A stretch of 64,000 nucleotides of DNA from an uncultured Prevotellaceae bacterium (GCA_902784565.1 CACZVE010000013.1:1258-65257), one strand, 5' to 3'; positions 1-7,227 are shown, numbered from the stretch's first letter. A program made the numbers and translations. The notes: a model not told the origin generated them from the letters alone.

Positions 1-5
1 AAACA

Positions 6-152
6 TGCCTTGGATTGGAGGGAAGAAATCCCGACCTCGGGAAAACGCGCCCCGGATTGGGGGGAAGATATTCCGACCCCGGGAAATCGTGCCTCCGTTC
101 TGGGGCATAAAATTCCGACCTGGGGATGGTGCGTCCCGGATTCGGGGCAGGT
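6..152. repeat. Degenerate tandem array, 42-bp period built from alternating 21-bp units; likely truncated by window edge
   Basis: CCGACC recurs at 31, 73 and 115 (exact 42-bp spacing); most 21-mers carry an imperfect CC..GGG dyad. Confidence 0.8.
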
Positions 153-183
153 TTTTCAATCGCATCAACGACCTCCCTTCATT

Positions 184-288
184 TTAGAACGCACAGGCCT
201 GGACGGCGACTGTTCCCACCACGGTAGAGATGATGGTGACAAGCACCTGGAGAACCTTCTTCACTGTTGACCACTTGATTTTTACCAT
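184..288 (-). CDS. Smalltalk-family small membrane peptide, 34 aa (not in ORF track)
   Basis: Manual translation MVKIKWSTVKKVLQVLVTIISTVVGTVAVQACAF; basic N-terminus, hydrophobic helix, near-terminal Cys; typical DUF4248/VirE/peptidoglycan hydrolase neighbourhood. Confidence 0.8.
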   Translation of the reverse strand: MVKIKWSTVKKVLQVLVTIISTVVGTVAVQACAF

Positions 289-377
289 ACGATTTTACTT
301 GTTTAAATTGTTAGACAAATGAGGGGCGGTTCGGATCGGACAGGCCTTCATGGCGGTCTTTTGGATGTTGTCGCAAC

Positions 378-405
378 TCTTAATTCTTAATTCTCAATTC
401 TTAAT
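378..405. repeat. Heptamer tandem repeat (TCTYAAT)x4
   Basis: tcttaat tcttaat tctcaat tcttaat. Confidence 0.85.
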
Positions 406-464
406 TGCCTCTTTCGCCATGGCCATGCCCCGGCTCCTTCCCCGCTCTCTCAGGATCTCGCCTA

Positions 465-530
465 CAAAGGTACAACATCCAGCACCTCCGAACCATACGC
501 ATCGTGCGCAAACGATACACAACGATACGA
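465..530 (-). promoter_or_regulatory. Bacteroidetes -7 element for smalltalk with 10-bp-phased direct repeats upstream
   Basis: TACCTTTG on minus strand at 465-472; AACSATAC at 491, 511 and 521. Confidence 0.6.
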
Positions 531-537
531 TAAACTG

Positions 538-570
538 AACCTATCAGGGGGCCTGGCCCCGTGATAGGTT
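538..570. repeat. REP-like palindrome, copy 1
   Basis: aacctatca-gggggcctggcccc-g-tgataggtt; abuts DUF4248 stop; near-identical copy at 5300-5331. Confidence 0.75.
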
Positions 571-783
571 TTACGGCTCGCCGAGGTAGTCGATGATGTG
601 ACGGACGGCCTTGGGGCTGAAGAACTTGGCACGGGGACTCTGGTGGCAATCGGCGAGAGCGTCGGCCAAAGGGCGACAACGGCGTATCCAGGCGTTCAGA
701 CGGTTGAGGGCCACATGCGGGTCGCTGTCAGGGAAGTAGAGCATGGCGAACTCCGACTTGCCATAGGGTTTGATCTTAAACAT
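571..783 (-). CDS. DUF4248 domain protein (putative small DNA-binding protein), 70 aa
   Basis: MFKIKPYGKSEFAMLYFP...FSPKAVRHIIDYLGEP matches YxKxELAxxYFP...LGEP family pattern; start set to ATG at 783. Confidence 0.85.
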   Translation of the reverse strand: MFKIKPYGKSEFAMLYFPDSDPHVALNRLNAWIRRCRPLADALADCHQSPRAKFFSPKAVRHIIDYLGEP

Positions 784-800
784 ATTCACTCCTTTTTTAG

Positions 801-912
801 TGACGGGTGACGGCAGTGACGGGGAAAATATAGAATCTCTTGCGTACTGCGTATATGCGTACACGGTACACGAAGACTCTTGTAAAAGTGCCGTCACTGC
901 CGTCACGCGTCA
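801..912. repeat. 22-bp inverted repeat pair (1 mismatch) with 68-bp spacer between VirE and DUF4248
   Basis: tgacgggtgacggcagtgacgg (801-822) vs ccgtcactgccgtcacgcgtca (891-912). Confidence 0.85.
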
Positions 913-921
913 TCGTTTTAC

Positions 922-2184
922 TTAAAATGTTTCATCATCGATTGCCAGTTGTTTCAGGCGCTCCTTGATCTGGGCACCATCCCGCTGAACAACGATATAT
1001 CCGCGCGAATGGGAGGTGCGCTTGAACTCGAAGCCCTGCGACGTGAACGCCTGACCGAGACGACTGGCATTGAGGTGCTGCGTGATGCTACCGCCGATGA
1101 TCTGCATGGCGCGGCTCACGGGCATATACTCGCCCGACTCCCTGTCATGCGGCCTGCGGAAGAACACATCCACCAGTTCCTGTTCTATCTGTGGCGTCTC
1201 AAACTGGCGGTTGTGTACGGCCAGGCGCTGGATGTCGGCCTGGTCGAACCAGAACTGGAAGCCCTGCTGGTAGAGGGCGTACGCCTGCGAGTAGATGCCC
1301 TCGTAGTCGAAGGGGTTCTCCCTGGGCGAGAGGATGCCGTCGACCTCGAAGGGCAGCCAGCGGCGGTTGCCTGTGGGGTCGGAGAGGAACTGCGCATTGT
1401 TGCCCGTGCCGCAGAACGAGGCGATGTGTTTGCGATGCTCGTGGAAATGCGCGTACGCCGCCCGCTCGTCGATGCAGGGCATGGTCACGGCGGCCTTCAG
1501 TTGGTTGAGTTCCGAGGGCCGCATGGTGTCGAGTTCCTCGCAGCACACCAGTCCGTACTGCGCCAGCGTCAACAGGTCGTCGCGCCCCATGCGGTTGGCG
1601 TTGGTCTTCGTATAGAAGTAGCGTGACAGTTCCGGGGGCAGAAGATAGTTGAACCAGGTCGTTTTGTACGAGCCCTGTGCGCCGATCAGTACGAGGATGA
1701 CGTTGTTGACGACGCTGTCGTCGACCCAGCCCGCCACCATGCCGACGAGCCACTTCGTCAGGTACTCGGCGAAGCACATCTGCTCGTCCACCCCACCCTT
1801 CACCATGACCGACATCGACAAAGCCATGATATGGTTCTCGCCGTTCCATGGCGGCAGGTGGTCGAGGTAGTGTCGGAACGGGTGGAAGTCGGGCACGAAG
1901 TCCGACTCGATGACGCGGTAGATGTCCTGTGCCCGCACGGATTTCTCCTTCGACAGTTCCGCCCAGAGGGTGTTCACGGTGCGGTCGTTGATGGGCTGCC
2001 ACTCCGTGCCGTCGTGTTCATAGTTCGATGGTATCCGGCACTCCACGCGCCCCGTGATGACGTTATGCCGCAGGTAGATCCTGTCGGCCAGAAACGCCTT
2101 GATATCCTCCACCGTCGCATACACCTCCTGCCAGTTCGGCTTGTGCTCTTTCTGGGGTGCCTCTTTCTTTTCCTTCTCCTTCAT
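922..2184 (-). CDS. VirE/VapE-family P-loop ATPase (helicase-like), no N-terminal primase-like extension
   Basis: Walker A GAQGSYKTT, Walker B VCCEE, HIASFCGTGNN...FLSDPTGNRRWLPF, PPWNGENHI. Confidence 0.9.
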   Translation of the reverse strand: MKEKEKKEAPQKEHKPNWQEVYATVEDIKAFLADRIYLRHNVITGRVECRIPSNYEHDGTEWQPINDRTVNTLWAELSKEKSVRAQDIYRVIESDFVPDFHPFRHYLDHLPPWNGENHIMALSMSVMVKGGVDEQMCFAEYLTKWLVGMVAGWVDDSVVNNVILVLIGAQGSYKTTWFNYLLPPELSRYFYTKTNANRMGRDDLLTLAQYGLVCCEELDTMRPSELNQLKAAVTMPCIDERAAYAHFHEHRKHIASFCGTGNNAQFLSDPTGNRRWLPFEVDGILSPRENPFDYEGIYSQAYALYQQGFQFWFDQADIQRLAVHNRQFETPQIEQELVDVFFRRPHDRESGEYMPVSRAMQIIGGSITQHLNASRLGQAFTSQGFEFKRTSHSRGYIVVQRDGAQIKERLKQLAIDDETF

Positions 2185-2193
2185 TTCTTCTCC

Positions 2194-2221
2194 TTTTCAC
2201 TTTTCACTATTCACTTTTCAC
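2194..2221. repeat. Heptamer repeat (TWTTCAC)x4 spanning the M15A stop codon
   Basis: ttttcac ttttcac tattcac ttttcac. Confidence 0.85.
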
Positions 2222-2692
2222 TACTTTAAAGGCTTTTCGGCGGTTCTTCGTGAGGTCGATGCGGCAACTGACGTGCACCCACCAGGTGGCGCCGCTGTGC
2301 TCGACGATCAGTTGGTCGTAGTCGGGCAGGCAGACGCGCATCCAGTCCCAGAGGATAAGGGCCATCTGTTCCTGCGTGGTCACACAGAACGGCCAGTACT
2401 TACGCGGCACCTGGATGTCGGCGGCCTCGCCGGTCATGTGCTGGGAGTTATGGACACCGCCCACGAGTTCGTTGAGCCGCGGACATCGGTAGCCGCTGGT
2501 CACTAGCAGGGGCAGGTTGAACCGCTGACGCGTGGGTTCGAGACAGCGCACGGCGAGGTTGCGCAGGCGCATGATGTGACACTTCAACGGCACGTTCGGG
2601 ATGCCGTGCTTCTCGGCCGTGTCGGATTTAAGGAACTCGCGGAGCGCAAAATGCGCCGTAAACCTTTCGGAGAGGTCAATACTATTCATCAT
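2207..2692 (-). CDS. Peptidase M15A-family (D-Ala-D-Ala metallohydrolase / endolysin-like) protein
   Basis: VTSGYRCPRLNELVGGVHNSQHMTGEAADI and WVHVS Zn motifs; no signal peptide. Confidence 0.9.
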   Translation of the reverse strand: MMNSIDLSERFTAHFALREFLKSDTAEKHGIPNVPLKCHIMRLRNLAVRCLEPTRQRFNLPLLVTSGYRCPRLNELVGGVHNSQHMTGEAADIQVPRKYWPFCVTTQEQMALILWDWMRVCLPDYDQLIVEHSGATWWVHVSCRIDLTKNRRKAFKVVKSE

Positions 2693-2737
2693 CTTGTTGG
2701 TTTTAATAAAACAATCTTTTTACCTTATTCAGCGCTG

Positions 2738-2798
2738 CAAAGATACGTAAAACGACAAAAAGAAAACCCCTGTATACCGGGTATACAGGGGGGGTATA
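2738..2798 (-). promoter_or_regulatory. -7 promoter element plus palindromic operator candidate upstream of M15A-VirE
   Basis: TATCTTTG on minus strand 2738-2745; palindrome cccctgtatac-cgg-gtatacagggg 2767-2791. Confidence 0.55.
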
Positions 2799-2821
2799 AC
2801 CTAGTGCGGATGCACGGTTTT

Positions 2822-4024
2822 CTATCCGAAAATCCTCTTCAGTTCCTCTTGAAAAGCCAATGACTGCTGCTGTCCGTATGCCTCATATATATCTTTATGC
2901 ATATTGCGGCGATTCCATAAATTCTCGAACACCTTCCACTTCTCTTTGATACCTAAACGCTCGGCCATCGCGTCGGCAAGCAGAGCCGCCTGTGTCCGCG
3001 AGAGTTTCGGCTGGAAGTGCTCATCCACGTAGCCAGCCTTCTGCACCTTCTTCCAGAGCCTCATGGCCTCGGGCGTGGCGAGCACGTCGGGGATGTGATC
3101 CTCGATTACACAACGTTCTTCGACGAGCGAAGCGGCAGAGCCGAGCGACTGTCCCTGCGTGAAAATTTGCATGTCCTGGTGGATCAGGTCCAGAGACACG
3201 AGTACTTCGATGAGTGCCACTTTCTGACTCTCAGTGAATTGATAGAAGTAGTTGGAGATGTATTTGCCGTATTTCTTCAAGTCCACGATCAGCATCCCGT
3301 CCTTCCTCGTGGCATACTTCAGGACCATATTTGTGTATGCCTTATGGTATTCCGTCGAATGCACGAAGTCAGAGTTCAGATGTCCTCTGTGGTAGTCATA
3401 ATCCACACTGTTCATCTTTTGTACCGACGGCTCATCCTCAAAGCACATAATGCCCTTCTTGAGATACTTCTCCAACTCCCGTTCCTGTCTTTCCAGAAGC
3501 ATGTCACGCGTCACCTCACTGTATTTGTCCTTCCATTCCTGATAGTTCTCCTTCACATCATTCCAGTTTCCCTCATGAATACGTTTCAGCACATAATCCT
3601 TAAAAAGGACCGGATCAGCCTTCTTTATTTCCCGACGGACCACTTTCACCAACTCCGTCATCTTCAGGGCATGGTCGTAGATATAGCGATAGATCTCCGG
3701 AAAAGTCATATCCAGGAATTCGCCATATTTCTTTTCAATATACTCTCTTAGAGTCATATTGCCATACGAAGCCATGTCACGTTCGAATTTGGGACTCATG
3801 ATGTTGTGGATGTGCTCCACGAAGGCATAATGAATATCCGGTATTTCACGACAGACCTTATTCTTGAGGTCAATGAGAAACTGTTCCATTTGGCCTACGA
3901 TGGTCACGATGGTTACGATAAAACTTAGCGCAAAGGGGATATGCATCGCTTCCTCATCCTCCAAGAGGTTTTCATACACCTGCATCCCTTCACAAAACTT
4001 CCTAATCTTACAACTGAAGTGCAT
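2822..4024 (-). CDS. Hypothetical helical protein, 400 aa (possible regulator of the module)
   Basis: Long ORF with A-rich start context and own promoter; no recognised catalytic motif. Confidence 0.7.
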   Translation of the reverse strand: MHFSCKIRKFCEGMQVYENLLEDEEAMHIPFALSFIVTIVTIVGQMEQFLIDLKNKVCREIPDIHYAFVEHIHNIMSPKFERDMASYGNMTLREYIEKKYGEFLDMTFPEIYRYIYDHALKMTELVKVVRREIKKADPVLFKDYVLKRIHEGNWNDVKENYQEWKDKYSEVTRDMLLERQERELEKYLKKGIMCFEDEPSVQKMNSVDYDYHRGHLNSDFVHSTEYHKAYTNMVLKYATRKDGMLIVDLKKYGKYISNYFYQFTESQKVALIEVLVSLDLIHQDMQIFTQGQSLGSAASLVEERCVIEDHIPDVLATPEAMRLWKKVQKAGYVDEHFQPKLSRTQAALLADAMAERLGIKEKWKVFENLWNRRNMHKDIYEAYGQQQSLAFQEELKRIFG

Positions 4025-4091
4025 TTTGTTGTTTTCTATTTTTGATTGTTGAATAACTTAGTTTGTTTTTCTCACACATTGCAAAAAAAGA

Positions 4092-4256
4092 AGACGTGGT
4101 GCATCCAATGACAAGACCTTACGGGCTAAATGACCAAATAAAGCCCTTTATCAAGAATACATACCACAGATGCCCACGTCTAAACGCGAGCGAAGTGGCC
4201 ATTCGGTATTCTTGAGATTCTACTTTTTTTTACTTGGTCATTTATTCGTAAGGTCT
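4092..4256 (-). ncRNA. Candidate structured 5' leader RNA with two competing stems
   Basis: Stem B 4114-4123/4247-4256, 4127-4137/4234-4244, 4151-4160/4206-4215; stem A 4092-4105/4169-4181; -7 element TATCTTTG on minus strand at 4298-4305. Confidence 0.55.
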
Positions 4257-4439
4257 CGAATAACTCTTGGCTCTATGTTGCAATAAACTTACGGATGCAA
4301 AGATAATCTAAATCTTCCAAACATCCAAATTTTTCCTTCTTTTTATTTCTTCATTGGCGCTCCTCCATTATTATTTATGTTTAAGATGCCAAATTGGAAT
4401 CTTAAACCTGATCTCTGTTCAAGGTCACAATTTGCGACT

Positions 4440-5018
4440 TCAAGATTTATCTTCTTCCTCTCTCCGTTTCTGAATGGCTGCATAACCAATCTCAGGAAGT
4501 GGTTCTTGCTGTTTCTCGCCAAGTTGAGTCAAGGCTTCATATACCTGAATGAGTTCTCTCTTGGTTTCTTTCACCTCTTCTCTTGTTGCCGTTCCAGACT
4601 CTTCAAGAGCCTTTATACGCTGGCGCAACTCCTCTATATCCTTTTGGGTAGCCAGAACAGGCAATGCCTGACGCACAGCCACAAAGGCACGCATAATAGA
4701 GATGTTAATTTGAATAGCAATGTTGCTATTCAGAATACCACTCAACATAGCAACACCCTGCTCCGTAAAAGCGTATGGTGGGCGTCTCAGACCTTTCATA
4801 TCTGCTTTGGAGGTCACAATTTGTGACTTCCAAAAAAGGAATTCTTCTTTTGATAACTGAAACATGAAATCCTCAGGAAAACGCAAAATATTACGTTTTA
4901 CTGCTTGTATCAGTGCTTTTGTTTCTACACCATACATGTTTGCCAAGTCGCGATCCAGCATCACGCGCTGGCCCCGAATCTCATAAATCTTCCGTTTGAT
5001 TGGTTCTAATGAGTCCAT
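4440..5018 (-). CDS. ORF6N domain protein with C-terminal coiled coil
   Basis: IYEIRGQRVMLDRDLANMYGVETK...RFPEDFMFQL...PYAFTEQGVAMLSGIL; start set to 5018 because the -7 element lies at 5084-5091. Confidence 0.92.
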   Translation of the reverse strand: MDSLEPIKRKIYEIRGQRVMLDRDLANMYGVETKALIQAVKRNILRFPEDFMFQLSKEEFLFWKSQIVTSKADMKGLRRPPYAFTEQGVAMLSGILNSNIAIQINISIMRAFVAVRQALPVLATQKDIEELRQRIKALEESGTATREEVKETKRELIQVYEALTQLGEKQQEPLPEIGYAAIQKRREEEDKS

Positions 5019-5211
5019 AAATTTGTTGTTAATGTTATGTCTTGTCATAGTCTCCCGAGTTAAGGTTGACATTTAGACGGCTACAAAAGTACTACTTTTT
5101 TGTAACCATTCCAAATCCCTCTTTTCACTTTATCGACGAAACCCCCGTTTTGCTCGATAAGATTTTTTATTTAACTATCTTTAATATCTCCAACACCTCA
5201 GATGTAACGGA

Positions 5212-5239
5212 GTATCATTGGGGTCAGACCCCGTGATAC
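5212..5239. repeat. REP-like palindrome, divergent copy
   Basis: gtatca-tt-ggggtcagacccc-g-tgatac. Confidence 0.7.
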
Positions 5240-5253
5240 CTTAGAACATAACA

Positions 5254-5284
5254 TAATCCCTCGTCGCAGCGCGGCGAGGGATTA
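5254..5284 (-). terminator. Intrinsic terminator-like hairpin
   Basis: taatccctcgtcgc-agc-gcggcgagggatta, U-rich tail on minus strand. Confidence 0.6.
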
Positions 5285-5299
5285 ATCATTCTGCCTCAG

Positions 5300-5331
5300 A
5301 CCTATCAGGGGGCCTGGCCCGAGTGATAGGT
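5300..5331. repeat. REP-like palindrome, copy 2
   Basis: acctatcagggggcctggcccgagtgataggt, near-identical to 539-569. Confidence 0.75.
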
Positions 5332-5337
5332 TAAGGC

Positions 5338-5469
5338 CTAAAAGTCGCGCTGCGCCTTCCCTAACAGTTCTTCCTGGGTGCTCCGCCTGGCAAGGAAAAA
5401 CTGTGCAGCCCCCATGGCCTCGAGCAGGAGGGCGGCTGCGATGATCAGCATCAAACTGTATTTCTTCAT
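5338..5469 (-). pseudogene. 43-aa N-terminal remnant resembling the first TM segment of a membrane sensor (SpoIIE/Cache-type)
   Basis: MKKYSLMLIIAAALLLEAMGAAQFFLARRSTQEELLGKAQRDF*; TM helix then start of periplasmic helix; stops 6 bp from REP copy. Confidence 0.5.
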
Positions 5470-5519
5470 ATCTCTCTCTGTTTTGGGGACAAGGGTACAC
5501 AAATTATTCGAAAAAGATT

Positions 5520-5601
5520 TGTCCGAAAACGTTAAAATTATGTCTGAAAACAAAAAAATTCTGTCTGTGCCATGGTAACACAGATTTTTTTTGTATCTTT
5601 G
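5520..5601 (+). promoter_or_regulatory. Lipoprotein promoter with three 21-bp-phased TGTCYG direct repeats
   Basis: TGTCYG at 5520, 5541, 5562; TATCTTTG at 5594-5601. Confidence 0.6.
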
Positions 5602-5640
5602 CAATATAATATCTTATTTTTTTAATAAAAACTTAAAATT

Positions 5641-7131
5641 ATGCGAACAAAAAGAATGATGGTAAAGTCGATGTTTATAAGCATCATTACCGCAGGTGTA
5701 TTCTGCTTCGGTCTGACGGCCTGCTCAAACCGTGACAATGGGGATACCCCAGAACCAGAACCGATTGGCGATTACTCAGAGTACGAGAGTTACGGTCTGA
5801 CCTATCCCTATTTTGACCATGCGGACGACGTGAAGATCCTCAATGCCGACACCACGGAGATTGCTGTGAAGAAATCGCTGGCCGACAAACTCGGCATCAA
5901 GACGTTTATCAACCACCCCATCGGCATCTGGGACGCTCCCACGCACCTGGCCTACGGACGTAAGGCCCTGGAAGAGCGGCTCGACGGCGACACATATATC
6001 CTGAAGGTGACGCCGGCCACTGTGGCCGAACTCATCGGTGACAAGGTTAGCCAACTGAGCACTGACATCTTCATCAACCGCGACGCCGACGCCGTGAAGA
6101 AGTTCACAACGCAGAATGGCGTGGCTGAATTTGCCGCCAAGTATATGGAAACCGACGGCACGATCCACCCGTGTATGGTGCATAAGACCGACCGCTTCGG
6201 TTACAAGAAAGACTACTATCTGGAAGGCGAAGACCACGATCCCGACCAGATTATGGCCCACAAGTTAGGCGAGTTCCAGTCGATGACGCCCGAGGAGATA
6301 CTCCAACAGCGCAACGCCTCAGAAAGAGTGCGTATCATCTCGCTGCACAACAACATCAAGTTCGATTATGATATCCCCATCGACGATGATTCGAAGGACT
6401 CCATCAACATCGCAGGCGAGATACCCATCGACTTCGATCTTGACTATTTCATCACCATCGATCCAGGCGTCGACTGGCACTGGTATGGTCCCGAGTTGAT
6501 TGTCGAAAAGTTCGAGACCGGTCTTGCCGGCGAATTCGGATTCCATCCCAGCCTCACTGTCGGCTTCAAAAAAGAACTGAAACTGGATGAGGACAAGGGT
6601 AAGATCCGCCTCGCTTCGTTCAACGGCTTCTCCTTCACCTTCACGGTGGGCATCGTCCCCGTGACCGTCGAGATATCACCGAGCCTGAACCTGGTATTCG
6701 ACGCAAGCGTCAGCGGTGAAGTGCAGTTGGGATTCCGCTACAACTACGCCAACTCGTTCCGTGCGGGTATCCGGTATAACTATGGTAAAGGCTGGGGCAC
6801 CATCAAAGAGTTTGAGGAGAAAGAGAATGAGTTTATCTTCGCACGTCCCGAATTGTCGTTCTCGGCAGAGGCCGGCGTCGGCTTCTTCCTAACGGCAGCC
6901 GCCAAGATCTACGGCGTGGCAGGACCGGAGTTGGGTATCGGACCGCGTCTCGGTGCCAAGGCAGACCTTCTGATCAGTCCCGACGGCGTGGACTGGAGCG
7001 GAGAGGTGAACATGACGCTGCAGGCCTGGGCCGGAGCCAAGGTCGAGATCCTGGGCTACGAACTGGCTGAGTGGAGCACGCGCTTCGACATCGCCGGGCC
7101 CTGGCAGATCCTGAAGTTCCCAACGGATTAA
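5641..7131 (+). CDS. Uncharacterised lipoprotein with Gly/Ala-rich beta-strand C-terminal half
   Basis: Lipobox GLTA|C28 then acidic tether; 496-aa ORF with host-like codon use. Confidence 0.85.
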   Translation: MRTKRMMVKSMFISIITAGVFCFGLTACSNRDNGDTPEPEPIGDYSEYESYGLTYPYFDHADDVKILNADTTEIAVKKSLADKLGIKTFINHPIGIWDAPTHLAYGRKALEERLDGDTYILKVTPATVAELIGDKVSQLSTDIFINRDADAVKKFTTQNGVAEFAAKYMETDGTIHPCMVHKTDRFGYKKDYYLEGEDHDPDQIMAHKLGEFQSMTPEEILQQRNASERVRIISLHNNIKFDYDIPIDDDSKDSINIAGEIPIDFDLDYFITIDPGVDWHWYGPELIVEKFETGLAGEFGFHPSLTVGFKKELKLDEDKGKIRLASFNGFSFTFTVGIVPVTVEISPSLNLVFDASVSGEVQLGFRYNYANSFRAGIRYNYGKGWGTIKEFEEKENEFIFARPELSFSAEAGVGFFLTAAAKIYGVAGPELGIGPRLGAKADLLISPDGVDWSGEVNMTLQAWAGAKVEILGYELAEWSTRFDIAGPWQILKFPTD

Positions 7132-7189
7132 CGAACACCGCGGTTCTGCGGATCATTTCTGATCAAATAACAGGTGTAGAATTCTGAAT

Positions 7190-7227
7190 AAAGAAAGGAA
7201 AAGTCCAATTGGACTTTTCCTTTCTTT
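7190..7227. terminator. Bidirectional terminator (perfect 38-bp palindrome)
   Basis: aaagaaaggaaaagtccaattggacttttcctttcttt between convergent genes. Confidence 0.85.

Larger units (their letters stand above)
184..5091 (-). mobile_element. Phage/satellite-like Bacteroidales accessory module (ORF6N, hypothetical, M15A peptidase, VirE, DUF4248, smalltalk); no integrase in window
   Basis: Six co-oriented genes of families typical of Bacteroidales mobile islands; boundaries not defined by att sites. Confidence 0.55.

Noticed and set aside
6-152. CRISPR array
   Set aside because: Units are contiguous and degenerate with no unique spacers, and no cas genes are in the window
5-270. ORFs 5..187 and 10..270 (+)
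   Set aside because: Translations of the repeat array that overlap the better-supported smalltalk gene on the other strand
784-906. N-terminal extension of DUF4248 in the ORF track
   Set aside because: Runs through the inverted-repeat element; family pattern begins at ATG 783
538-5331. attL/attR pair
   Set aside because: Copies are palindromic, a third variant lies nearby, smalltalk falls outside, and no integrase or tRNA is present
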